This document shows positions 1 through 12,270 of a DNA stretch of 64,000 nt, one piece after another. Within the stretch, counting starts at the first letter, position 1; every line of letters starts with the position of its first letter. The notes beneath the pieces are model-generated. The model did no database searches, was not told the DNA's origin, and saw only the letters and a list, made by a program, of their open reading frames with translations. The stretch spans positions 23,188,001 to 23,252,000 of the forward strand of contig NC_043010.1 of the NCBI RefSeq assembly GCF_006345805.1, read 5' to 3'. The position numbers and the translations under genes are program-made. This stretch comes from Octopus sinensis (taxonomy: Eukaryota).

Positions 1-179
1 GTCAATACTTGATTCGCAACTTCAGTAAATAATGATTTTCAAGTTGCTGGTCATTCTAGAAATTTCCGAATGAAACATTGCAGCGAGACCATATAAAGCA
101 TTCGTCTCTCTTTTTGTTACAAACACGCACACGCACATAGACAGACACAGACACAGCGAACACGCTGCTTACATCAATA

Positions 180-214
<35 letters not shown>

Positions 215-379
215 CTGTTACTTAAACCCGACACTCGCGCTCCCAAGATTAAGCTATTAGACTTTAGTTGTGATCCGGCTCGAACACAAGTGTTGACTAC
301 CCTATGACTATTTTCAGGCATTGTTAGTGAGTACACGCACATGCGAGCGTGTGTGCTTTTCTGTGAACTCACTGACGAT

Positions 380-697
380 GAGTTCCAGATTATCTTTGCA
401 ATTTCGGCTGGTTATACTCGAGATTGCTCCAATGTTGCCAGCCCCCTGCTGTAAGGGTTTACTTCTATACACGCCAGCTTAATTGAATTCGTCCTTAGTC
501 GAAAGACACCAGTTGTTATATTCTGGTATGTGTATTTGTGTAACTTACTCCGTTTATTTTTCGTCCTTGTTTTCGTATACATTCGCTGCTTTCTTCCAAG
601 AAATCTAATGCTCTTAGCTTAGATTTTCCTTGGGGCTGGCCAGATTGGAGCAATCTCGAGTATAACCAACCGAAATTGCAAAGATAATCTGGAACTC
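380..697. repeat. ~66-bp inverted repeat pair (380-445 / 632-697) around a ~185-bp spacer
   Basis: gagttccagattatctttgcaatttcggctggttatactcgagattgctccaatgttgccagcccc is the near-exact reverse complement of ggggctggccagattggagcaatctcgagtataaccaaccgaaattgcaaagataatctggaactc. Confidence 0.9.
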
Positions 698-997
698 GAT
701 TGAGGAAAAAAACTCTGAATGACCCGTCCTTCTTTTCTTTGTATCGTCTATATGAATGTTTTGTTGTCCCTTTCTTGTATCACCTAACTGCCTGAATATT
801 TTGCGTTCTTGTCCCGTTTTGTGTGTGTATATATATGTATATTCAAAGGGCAAGACCGCTAGGTAGTCGGCCGTATGCTAGAAATAGATCACCAACGATC
901 AAACTACAAAGAATGTTCTCTAGAGGAAAATTCAACGAACACCAGAACAAATTAGGCGGGCAAGACAGATGAAAATTATATAAAAAAAACAGAATTA

Positions 998-1068
998 ATC
1001 ACATACCGGCGGTTTCAACTATTAACAAAAGAATTACTTACATAATCCAACTGTTTCGTCAGTGCGAT
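998..1068 (-). ncRNA. Minimal type I hammerhead ribozyme motif (CUGACGA core, GUA site)
   Basis: Minus strand: atcgca CTGACGA aac...gtt GAAA ccg-c-cgg TA tgtgat; stem I atcgca:tgtgat, 3-bp stem II closure with AU-rich insert, near-palindromic stem III. Confidence 0.65.
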
Positions 1069-1131
1069 CGTTCCGACAAATGTAATTTAATGTATATATA
1101 TATATATGTTGTGTGTGTGTATTATGTATAT

Positions 1132-1164
<33 letters not shown>

Positions 1165-1316
1165 CCAATTAAGGACTGAACACGAAAAAGTGGACAGTCA
1201 ACATGCTAGATATAGACGTCAAATCGCCATTCTCCACAAAAAGTCTATGTTCTCAGATCAAACTCAACACAAACCAAAACATAAACAAGTGAAAAATATA
1301 CGAAATAAATATTTAT

Positions 1317-1381
1317 CCATGTACTAAATCAGTTTCGGCTGTTATTTTCCGCAAGGAAAAGTGCAGCCATCATCAGCATGG
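1317..1381 (-). ncRNA. Type I hammerhead ribozyme motif (CUGAUGA core, GUA site)
   Basis: Minus strand: ccatg CTGATGA t ggctg-cac-ttttcc-ttgc-ggaaaa-taa-cagcc GAAA ct-gattt-ag TA catgg; all core nucleotides present and three stems pair. Confidence 0.75.
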
Positions 1382-1647
1382 TCCCATATAAAATGTAATT
1401 TGCTGTACAAATGCCAACACGATACCGAAATATCGCGTGCATGGAGTACGGCCTATTTACATTTGAAATATATATTCAAAGTCTCTAATTTTGGCGCGAT
1501 GAGACCCGAGAAAACTAGCCTGCAGCTAATAGTTAGCAGAGCAGTTAATTATCGGTTAGAGAACAAATATTTATATAACATTAAATTTAGGGTAAAAAAT
1601 TGATATTTATCAATTAGAACCAGTGGTCTAGCATATTAAAGAAAGAA

Positions 1648-1728
<81 letters not shown>

Positions 1729-1824
1729 CGGGAAGCTTTATGAAATAAATAAAAGACGAAGGCAGGGTGAGTACCAAACAAACAATTGTATTAGTATGGC
1801 GCTCAGGAATATAAATAAAACAAG

Positions 1825-1862
1825 TCTTTTACGTTTTGAGCCTACGCTCTTCAACAGAAAGA
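1825..1862 (-). ncRNA. Hammerhead-like motif, CUGUUGA core family, probably inactive (GAAA mutated to AAAA)
   Basis: Minus strand: tcttt CTGTTGA a gagc-gtag-gctc AAAA cg TA aaaga. Confidence 0.5.
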
Positions 1863-2129
1863 TACACAGAAAAGAAACACGGAGAGAAACAAGGAGAGAA
1901 AAAATGCGTGCAGAAGCTAGCGAATCAACATGGCGATCTGATTCCGGCCAGAAGTCAAAGATCATACGTGAGACACAAGAGCGAAAATAGGGGAGATAAC
2001 AGGGTCAAATGACCTCACCCCAACATAAGGGTGTGTGTGTGTATGAGAGAGTATGTAGTGCGTATGAGAGGTCCGGATGTGTGTATGTATATATGTATGA
2101 TGTGATGTGTAATGACGTATGGTGTAGTG

Positions 2130-2820
2130 TAGAGAGATGAGGAGGAGGAGGGAGGGAGGGGGCGGTGGGGGTGGTGATAAGGGAGAGTAGGGGGATAAGG
2201 GGGAGAGGGAGGAGAGGAGAGAGGAGGAGAGAGGGGAGGGAGAGAAGGGGAGATGGAAAGTGTGAGAGAGGAAGAGGGGGAAAAGGAAAGAGGAGAAGAG
2301 GAGGGGGAGGAGGGAAGAAGGGGAAAGGTGAGAGTGAGAAGGGGAGAGGGGGAGAAGGAAAGAGGGGGGGGGGGGGGGAGATGAGATGAGGGTGGAGGGT
2401 GGAGGGGAGATGAGATGATGGGGAGGGGGAGGGGGAGAAGGAGAAGGAAAGAGGAGAAGAGGACGGAGGACGGAGGAGGAAGAGGGGAAGGGGGAGGAGG
2501 AAGGAGGAGAGGGAGGGGGAGAGAGGGGGGATAGAGAAGTCGTAGTGAGTGCAGAGAGAAGAGAAAGAGGGAAGGGGAGGAGGGGAAGAAACAAGAGGGA
2601 AGAAGGGAAGAGGGAAAGAGGAGAGGAGTGGGAAGGAAGGAAAGAGAAGTAAGGGTAGGGGAAGAAGGGAAGAGGAGGGAAAGAGAGTTAGGGGGGAAAG
2701 GATGAAGGACTGAAGAGAAGTAGGGGTCGGGGGAGGTTAGATGAGGAGGGGGAGAGGAACATAGAGGGGTTTTAGAGAGGATGAGGGGAAGAGAGAGGGG
2801 TTTAGATGAGAGGGGGGGAG
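2130..2820 (+). repeat. G/A-rich low-complexity purine tract
   Basis: Almost exclusively G and A on the + strand with many G runs; source of the spurious Pro/Ser-rich ORF 1962-2594. Confidence 0.9.
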
Positions 2821-3110
2821 AGTTGAGACCAAATGGCGTAAAAGAGCGAGAGAGAAGATTAATTCCTGTTCACGGCGGCGCAAACCGGAATCCGGATGGC
2901 CTCTGTGCAAGGACAAACCGAACACACAGACAGGTGTTGCAAGAGTGACTGGTGGAGCGGAAATGGCGTGAGACCGGTGGTGTCGTTGGCAAGGCGGATG
3001 TCACGGGGTGTTCCGCGAACCGGTTCAGCCAAGATGTACAGGGAATGGCAGAGAGAGCAAGAGATGCAATAGATGATATTGCTGGAGGTGCAGGTGAAGG
3101 GGTTGATTCC
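2820..3110 (-). pseudogene. Frameshifted GIY-YIG endonuclease domain of a Penelope-like retroelement
   Basis: Stitched minus-strand translation FTCTSSNIIYCISCSLCHSLYI[GETGRR deleted]LADRFAEH.RDIRLANDT.PVSRHF...LHRGHPDSGLRRREQELIFSL...FTPFGLN has the GIY/YIG-equivalent motifs, RF.EH, a CxxC...H...H pattern and the C-terminal GLN. Confidence 0.8.
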
Positions 3111-3194
3111 CCTTGTATTTTGAATACTATGCAAATATTCTTTTAAAAAGCTTTTCATTTAATTTTTCCAAAATTTAATTGTTTTCCATATTTA

Positions 3195-3229
3195 CAGTTG
3201 AAAAGTCTCAATGACAGAAACCGGTACTG
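3195..3229 (+). ncRNA. Hammerhead-like motif with U3-A8 type core
   Basis: cag TTGAAAA gtc-tcaat-gac a GAAA ccgg TA ctg; palindromic ACCGGU stem III, short stem I, one extra nucleotide before GAAA. Confidence 0.4.
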
Positions 3230-3860
3230 AAATGTTTCTTATGATAAAATTATTTTAGCATTTTCTACCTTTCCATATATTCAACTCGTGTGTTCCTTTT
3301 CAATCTTCTATACACGCAACGCACACACACACCACACACACATATATATGTATGTATGAATGAGTATATATATATATATTATATATATAATATAGATTCT
3401 AGATAGAGAGCGAGATAGATAGATAGATAGATAGATAGTAGATATATGGTAAAATACTGGAGATATATTTTTATATAAAACGGTAAGATAGATATAGATA
3501 TATATATATATATATGTATGTATTATATATATCAGCTTCTTTTTCTTGCCTTCTCTCTCTCTCTCTATCTCCCACCGGACAAATAAACCAACTGCATCGT
3601 GAACACCCGGAATATTTGTCATATTCTTCTTGATACATACCCACGCATCCCTATCCACAATTCCTACACCCCACAATCCAAACACATACCTTTGAAATTC
3701 TCTTCGAATTTCTTCACAATAATTCTTTTCACTTTCCTTATCACATTTTACATTTTCATGCGTTTTGTGTCCTCTATGTTCTTTCCATCTTCTCTACTGT
3801 CACTCATCCATTTTCCTTCTTTCTTTCTTCTATCGTTCTTTCATTCTTTCTTTCCTTCAT

Positions 3861-3916
<56 letters not shown>

Positions 3917-4342
3917 TAATTCACTCTTTACTCTTTATCTTTCCTCTCTTCCTTATCTGCTGCTTGTCTGCTTTCTTATCCTTTTTCTACACGTCTCCAT
4001 CAAATTATCGTACACGCTCTTTTATATTTCTATCGATATTGAACTGTCTGCCAGTCACTCAGGCCTGTCTGTCTGTCTGTCTGTCTCTCTTTTCTATCCC
4101 CTTCTCTCTCCCTCTCTCAAACACACATTCTCATTCTCCCTTTCCTTCAATTTTTCACTATTTCTGTTTTATCATTGCCTCCCCTTCACCGTCCTTATTA
4201 TCATCATCATCATCATTGTCGTCAGTGTGATCCAAATAAAAGAGACACATGCATCCAGACACATACATACATACATACATACATATACATACATATAGAT
4301 ATATTTATGACGACATAAAATACACACACACACACACATATA

Positions 4343-4373
<31 letters not shown>

Positions 4374-4871
4374 ACGTTTTACGTACATTCTCTCCTATTA
4401 ATTTCTTGACTAGATTCCTATCACTCTCTATCCCACATCTCTCTCCCCTCTCACTTTCTCTCTCTCTCTCTCCTTCTCCCCCACTCACTCTCGCTCTTTC
4501 TCTTCTCCTCTACTCCGATCACTACACCTTTCAAAATTCTGATCTCATTATTCTCCGCCCGACACCTTTTCCTCCTTTTTTTTATCTCAGCTGTCATACG
4601 ACATCAACAATTCCCTTTACACACACACAGACACACACAAACACACACACACACACACACACACCACACACACACACACGCAAACCCACCGCCACCCCAA
4701 GGTACATTTTCTTTCTTTTACCCTTATCTTGTCTCATGTTTTCCCAATGTGTTATATGTATATATATATATATTATATATATATATATATATTATATTAT
4801 ATATGTATGTATATATGTATGTATGTATGTATGATATATGTAGGGTATTATATATGTATGTATGTATGTGT

Positions 4872-4924
<53 letters not shown>

Positions 4925-5313
4925 TACATACTATATAGCAGATGTGTGTGTTGTGTATGCATGCATACATACATATATATATGCTATGTATGTTTGTATC
5001 TATATATATATATATATATATTATATTATATTTACATGTGTACAGGCACACATTTATGTGTATATATATATATATGTATGTGTGTATGCACATGCACAAA
5101 TCCATTTTTTCATGTAAGCATATATTCGACACGTAGACACGAACACAAAACCACTCAAGATTCATACATATATTAACATATAATATGCATACATCCACAT
5201 ACGTAGGCATATACGCATACACATTTATATACCAATACATTTTTGCATGTATGTTTACATAAACTTAATTTGTAGTTATACATAACGCATACATGTACAT
5301 ATACATGCATATA

Positions 5314-5386
<73 letters not shown>

Positions 5387-5526
5387 CATATACATATATG
5401 TATATGCAACATATATATATTCATATATATATGTGTGTATATATAAATTACATACGTTTTGTAGGCATATAACATGTATATATATATATATGTATAATAT
5501 ATATGATAGTATATATATATATATAT

Positions 5527-5604
<78 letters not shown>

Positions 5605-6059
5605 ATATGTAAATATATACATGAGGGTTTTTGTGTATATGCATGCATGTATACATGGATTGAATTCATATATATGTATGCATGTATATATATATATGTA
5701 CAGACAAATGTATACACGCACATATATATGTATACACTCGCACACACACGTCTGCGTGCGTGTGTGTTTGTGTGTGTAAACAGAAGGGTCATCATTACTG
5801 AAGAATTTTTGCCTGAGCCCAAAACCATCGGGAAAATAATAATAATAATAATAAATAAAACGAACAAACAAACAAAAAAAGTAACCGAAAGAAAGAAAGA
5901 AAAGAAAACTACTAAACAAAACCCTAAACGAAAGAATGAAAAAGAAAAAAAGAAAAATGATTCACAGTTTAGGAATTCTTGAAATGTGACAAGTTGAAGC
6001 AGCAGAAATCACCAAGAACTTCTGATGTTTCGCCTTCTTTGAAAAGGCAAAATGCCACA

Positions 6060-6634
6060 CGATAACTACGATGTTGTTGTTATTGTTGTGGATGTGGTTG
6101 TCGCTGTTGTTGTTTTGCTTCTGTTGTTGTTGTTGTTATTTTGTTGTTTTTGTTATTTTGTTGTTGTTTTGCTTCTGTTGTTATTTTGCTGTTGTTTTGC
6201 TTCTGTTGATGTTGTTGATGTTGTTGTTGTTGTTAATGTTGTTGCTGTTGATGCTGTGGTTGCTGTCGCCGCCGCCGTCGTCATCGTAGTCGTCGTCATC
6301 ATCGCCATCGTTATCATGAACATATCATCGTCGCCACCACCAGCGTCGCCGTCGTCATCGTGCACATTATTCTTATCACCCACCAGCATCGTCATCACTC
6401 TCGACCACACCCCCACCACCATCACCACCACCACCACCACCATCACCGCCATCGTCATCATCAATATTATCATCATCATCCCAATCATCACCACCGCCAA
6501 CAACAACACCACCACTAACAACACCCCCACCACCTTCAAAGCCACCACCATCACCATCACCACCACCACCGTTACCATCATCATCATCATTATCATCATC
6601 ATCATTCAAATCATCATCATTATTATATTATTTT

Positions 6635-6684
<50 letters not shown>

Positions 6685-6740
6685 TTACTACTACTACTAC
6701 TGCTACTACTACTATTGCTACTACCGCTGCTGCTGCTGCC
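6060..6740. repeat. Compound trinucleotide microsatellite ((GTT)n, (CAT)n/(CGT)n, (CAC)n, (CTA)n)
   Basis: Successive trinucleotide runs; they explain the poly-V/L/T/I ORFs in several frames. Confidence 0.9.
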
Positions 6741-6908
6741 ATTTTATTTATCTGTTAATTTTTGTTTTTATTTCTTTTCGTTCCTGTAAGGAATCATTTT
6801 AGTTTGGATGTGTTCGGTTGCTCCGTGGTTGGTTTTGACAAGAAAATTCTAGTTTCCTACCTGACACCTTGACGTCTTTTGATGTCGCTTTGGACCACAA
6901 CATCATAA

Positions 6909-6984
<76 letters not shown>

Positions 6985-7160
6985 GCATACATAATCAAAA
7001 ATGCACATGCACACACATACATACATACTATACACATACATGCGGATGCATATCTCTATCTCTATCTAATATGTATATATAAATAAATATAAACCATATA
7101 TTTGTAATAATGTATGACTCTCTCTCTCTCTTTATATATATATATATATATTATATATAT

Positions 7161-7224
<64 letters not shown>

Positions 7225-7689
7225 ATGTATGTATGTATGTATATATATATATATATTAGAAAAAATGAGGTAATCATGTTTATATATATATATATATATA
7301 TTATATTTATAAACATATGTATACATGTACATATCCCTACACATACATATATACGCGTCCATGTGTGTAAACACTTATCTATCCGTAATCCGTTTCGTTT
7401 GTACCCCTATGAAATGGAATACAATGGCCAGAATAATATTTGAAATCTGTATAAGTAGGAAAATAATAAAAATAAAATTGTGGAATATAGAACCAGGTTT
7501 GCACCGCGCAATTTTTGAAGCGTTCTTGTTTCGACACATGTTGTTCCCGTTTGGTTAAGATATTTGGTCACAATCATACGATTCTAGTTTCGCTTTTACA
7601 CCGCAGCACCTTACGCATGTTTTCTAACCGAGTCTTATATTGACGAGAGCATTTGAAATGAAATTGGGTTAACAGCAACAGGGTAAAGA

Positions 7690-8075
7690 GTTGACGGATG
7701 GGTTTACATATTTTCGAGAAGCAGCCAAAGGTTTTGGCCCACATTAAAACAATCTCTCGGCGTTTCAGAAAACAGCACAGCTCCCATGACTTTCGGAAAC
7801 ATTTTTTCACGCTAAGAGTTGCTGAAGCATGGAACAGACTGCCGGCATCAGTTGTTAGTTGTCGGAGCACTGCATCCTTCAAAATTTCCATGCTTCCTGA
7901 GATTCGCCAACACTACACCTGATTTTCTCCTCTCCATACACACGCAAGCATATATCTGACTCATACACAGTTCGCTTTCCAGACATTTGTACATTACTGC
8001 ATAGGCTTTATACGCACTTTCTGACAAGTTGCGGTGCACCTGAGCACTGTATACAATAATTTCATTATTATTATT
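7690..8075 (+). mobile_element. CR1/L2-type LINE 3' fragment
   Basis: ORF 7698-7922 ends RKHFFTLRVAEAWNRLPASVVSCRSTASFK, matching the CR1 ORF2 C-terminal F..RV...WN.LP..VV...S...FK motif; followed by a 3' UTR and (ATT)n. Confidence 0.75.
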
Positions 8076-8323
8076 TTGAGGAGCCTTCTTTGTCGTAAGT
8101 ATTCTAACTTAATTGGTTTGCACTCGTAAGTAAATATGCCGTTTGATATTAAATACACGGGGGAATACGTAAATGTTTAAAGTTAATTTCTGGTGAAAAT
8201 ATGTAATCACAAGGCATCTGCACGAACATCATTTTCAGTCTGCTTCGCTAGTTTTTAAATACAGAGAAAAAGAAGTCCCCAATCATTATCGAGGGAACTG
8301 ACCTGTCATTTATATTTATAATG

Positions 8324-8717
8324 TACAAGCAATATTGCCCGGCGTTGCTCGGGTTTCTTTCGACCCTTTAGAATTGAAATTTTCAGAAGTAAAAATTTTG
8401 TATTATGTATCTTGTTATTCTCTTTAAGTGAACATTTTTCTTGTTAAAATACACCGAAAAATGGCGACACAGCAGTAAAAAAATCGTAAAAAATAGGAAT
8501 ATTCATAGAAAAAAAGCACCTTTGTGATGTAAATAATTTTTGGTGTTAACATGGTCCGATTTGAATTTTTTCTTCTACGGAAGGAAGAGCAAGCCTTCTT
8601 CTATCATACTCTCAATTTTGGTCAACTTACAACGCAGGGTCTCGGAGGAGATAGGGTTAGTTGAAGGCTACCAAACCTGCCACACACAGACAACTTCAGC
8701 TTTATATATATAGAGAT
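8324..8717 (+). mobile_element. Non-autonomous Helitron/Helentron-associated (HINE/DINE-1-like) element
   Basis: Begins tacaagcaatattgcccggcgttgctcggg (5' CCCGG..CGGG hairpin) and ends acacacagacaacttcagctttatatatatagagat, the layout typical of HINEs; recognised by pattern only. Confidence 0.5.
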
Positions 8718-9084
8718 TCGACAGGATGGAAAGATCGGGACCCCCCCCCCCCAAATGATAATCTCAAGGGCAACTGTCGTAAAAGCTATCCAGTGAAGCA
8801 TAGGTTATGGAGGGGGTTGTCTAACATAACTTCTACAACTTCTGGTGACATCGTAAATGTTATGTGAGGGTTGAAAATACCAATGTCATATACTTCGTCT
8901 TCTATAAGGGACAAAGTGGACCACAGCATTTTGATGGATAAACACCAGCATGAGAGTTTATGGTAAACTATTAATCTAGGTTAAATGTTTCTTGGTAAGC
9001 AGAACACAACAGATTGTGATCCAAAGAATCCAATCGTAACTCCGCCAAAAAATATATATATATATCTGTATATTTATTTATTTA

Positions 9085-9375
9085 TTTATGTGCCTTTTTC
9101 AAGTCTAGCCAGGCTCATGGGTCCGGTTTTCCGGTTTCTGTGGCGTATGTGTTCCCCCCAGCTGGACGGGACGCCAGACCATCGCAGCGTTACTCAAGTA
9201 ACAAGAAGAAAGAGTGAGAAAGTTGGGGCGAAAGAGTACAACAGGGGTCACCCCCCCCCTACCGGAGCCTCGTGGACCCTTAGGCGTTTTCGCACAATAA
9301 ACTCGCACAATGCCCGGTCTGGGAATTGAAACCGCGAATCCGCTGCCCTAACCACTGGGCCATAGCGCCTCCACA
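9085..9375 (-). mobile_element. tRNA-derived SINE (family C here)
   Basis: Minus-strand head gtggaggcgctatggcccagtggttagggcagcg...gtttcaattccc with A/B-box-like motifs; A-rich (TAAA)n tail; related copies at 35740-36127 and 47100-47522. Confidence 0.75.
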
Positions 9376-9378
9376 CAC

Positions 9379-9457
<79 letters not shown>

Positions 9458-11959
9458 ATATATATATATATTATATATATATATATATAAAACCGTTTTT
9501 ACCGCTTGGCTCGCTTTCAATGCCACTACGCCCCGTCCGATTCGCTCCAAAATTTACAGGGACATGTAGAATGAGGTGACGATGCCCGTGGGCTACATTA
9601 AAAATCCCTATCTTAAAAGGTGTGGTTGCCAGGGGCCATCTTCCTCACTCACGCTATTTCCTCCATTCCCCCCTAACTCCCCTTCATTTATAACTTTGAC
9701 AAATCCACTCCCGTTATTTAACGTATCTGTCTTCCTCAACTCACTCTCGCTATTTCCTCTCTTCCAAGAACATTTTCACTCACTCTATCTCTTAGCTTCC
9801 CATAAATTTCACTTATGTATCTGTCTGCATTCATACAGAGAAACAAATATTCCATCGCCATCGCCACCGCATGCTATTGTCTACCTGTCAACGCGCCCAT
9901 CGACCAAATACAAACAGAACACACCAACGAGCGTTTATATATGTGTGTGTGTGTTCTATATATAAATATGTATATATAATGTATATATACAAAGTGTATA
10001 TATCTGTATTTATGTATATTAAACTTTTTAATACTTTTTGATAGTTACGTAAAGGGAACTGGTTGCTTCATTACACTTTTTGGGTGCAACTTGGGTGCGA
10101 GACAGATAATTTTCTCTGTTAATTACGTGACCAACAGGGGTCTAACAGGGGGAAATTATGCCTAAACATGAGCGCAGCGCATGTGAATATCCGACATGCT
10201 TTGAGTCGGGAGAAGAATTGAGCTGACGCAGACGTGTTGCAAAACAAGGGAGTACATGTGCAGAACAGAGGTGCATGAGTGCAATAGGACTTGCTAGGCT
10301 GAAATACAGTGTACAGTATTGAATATGCCAGTGATTAATGCAGTAAGGCTGAGGCTACCAGCCAGTGCTTGAGCTATTATATGCCTCGGTCGTGCAGGAA
10401 CAAAAGTGTGGCATGCTGGCGCGTTGTAAGGGACAAACAACTTTCTCTATGTATGTGTGACCGATCTAGGGTCTTACAGAGATGAGTTGTGTTTACAAGG
10501 GCACATTGAGCATGGAAAACAAGCGAGAAAGGCATGTGTGGCGTATGAATGTGACAGAGATAGCATTTGTGTGTGTATTAACTATGTGTGTTCGTGTGTG
10601 CGACAGAAGTACAAACAAGGTGTATGCGGGCAAAGCAAAATACAGCGCATAGGAAAAGTCTCTCAGGGTATTTCAGACAAGATGGAGTTAATTTACCAGT
10701 TCGTAGTAAAGTACATAATATCAGTTCGTTCTGTAACAGGATGTTCGGATCACAAGTGCAGATGCCGGTTGAACACATGTCGTGTAGCATTTGTGGCTTC
10801 AATGCTGAGCCACGTTACATTGGTACAGAAGATCTCGCAGGTAGTGCGGTGCTGTTAACTTCGGTGAAAATCATAACAGCGTGAAAGCTAAACCTGAATG
10901 AGTGCTATGTACATATTAGTGTTGCTGGAGATGAAGGCGACGGAGATGGAGACGACGTGAAGGTGAAGGACGACGATGGTGATGGCGACGGCAGAGAAAG
11001 GCGACGTTGAGATGAAGGCGACGTTGAGATGAAGGCGTCGGTGGCGTTGCTGGTGTATGTTAGCGTCGTCATTGGCTGGAGCAGGAACATGACTGGCTGG
11101 TCTGGTCGTCTGTCGCTGGAACTGGAACATGGTTGAGTAAGCTCTGTGTGGATGAAGACTGCGGCGGATTGATTGGTTCAGACTAGGTAGAAACTAGATT
11201 TTAGCTAAGTGTCCTATGGTCTATGACCAGAACTCGGGAAACTTGGTTGAGTCCTCATCTTATAAAATGTGGCCCCAGTAGACCCAAATGAAATCGGGTT
11301 ATATTAACCAAAATGTGAAAAGGGGTCTAAATGGGGCTGGAAGGGGATTAGAATTTAAAGGAGCGGGTGTTTAGCAATTCTCTGTTACATCAAGCTAAAA
11401 AATTTGCGCCAGCCTTTTAATCGTCAATGTGTTGCCGTCCATGATGAAGAAGTTTTGAATGCTTGCCATCGTCAGTCTACTGTCGTGAGAAAGAATCAAT
11501 TCAAAACTTGGTTTTTAGGGATTTTCTTTTACATCAAGTTCAAAATTTTACGCCAGCCGTTGAACTGTCAATACGTTGCTGTCCGTCGTTAAGAAATGCC
11601 AGCCATGGTGACTCTACTATCCTCAAATTCTATCCCTTCAAACTTTGGTTTCCAATATCGTATTATTTTTATTCAGCTCGCAAGTGCGTCTGTCCCCTTT
11701 AAATGTTAGAGTTTTGCTGTCTGCCTTGAAGCAGACCTTTCCGTTGTTACTGCCTGATATTTCTAAATATGATTGATATATGATTGATAATATGATTGAT
11801 CTTTCTAAATATTTTATTTCTCAACTTACTCAAGATCTTTTGTTGTTTATAAATGGGAGAGAGATAGATAAAGATAGAGAGTAAGAGAAAGCGAGGGAGA
11901 GTCCGAGAGAAAGGAAGAGTAAGAGAGTGGGAAAGTGAGAGTGAAACAAAGAGGGAGAA

Positions 11960-12270
11960 TCATCATCATCATCGTTTAACGTCCGTTTTCCGTGCTAACA
12001 CGGGATGGACAGTTTGACAGGGGTCTGGGAAGCCAGGAGGCTGCACCAGGCTCCAGTCTGATCTGGCAGTGTTTCTACAGGTGGATGCCCTTCCTAACGC
12101 CAACCACTCTGTGAGCGTAGTCGGTGCGTTTTTCCTGCCGCCGGCACAGGTGCCAGGGGGGCTTGCAGCGGCCACGATCGGTTGGTGCTTTTTACGTGCC
12201 ACCAGCACAGAAGCCAGTCTAGGCGGCGCTGCAATCCGTCACGTTCGGATGGTGCTTTTTACGTGCTGAA
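11960..12270 (-). mobile_element. SINE/RTE-tail-like dispersed repeat ending in (GAT)n
   Basis: catcatcatcatcgtttaacgtccgttttcc...ggatgcccttcctaacgccaaccac; the ggatgcccttcct..cgcc motif resembles RTE-associated 3' tails. Confidence 0.5.

Larger units (their letters stand above)
1727..3120 (-). mobile_element. Penelope-like element (PLE) 3' relic: GIY-YIG fragment, pyrimidine-rich tract and terminal region with HHR-like motif
   Basis: GIY-YIG relic at 2820-3110, low-complexity tract 2130-2820, HHR-like motif at 1825-1862, abuts (TA)n. PLEs carry GIY-YIG endonucleases and HHRs (established); treating these parts as one element is inference. Confidence 0.7.

Noticed and set aside
1962-2594. 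210-aa Pro/Ser/Leu-rich ORF
   Set aside because: Product of the GA-rich low-complexity tract.
6052-6789. 245-aa ORF resembling a signal peptide/mucin/transmembrane protein
   Set aside because: Made entirely of trinucleotide microsatellites that are open in several frames.
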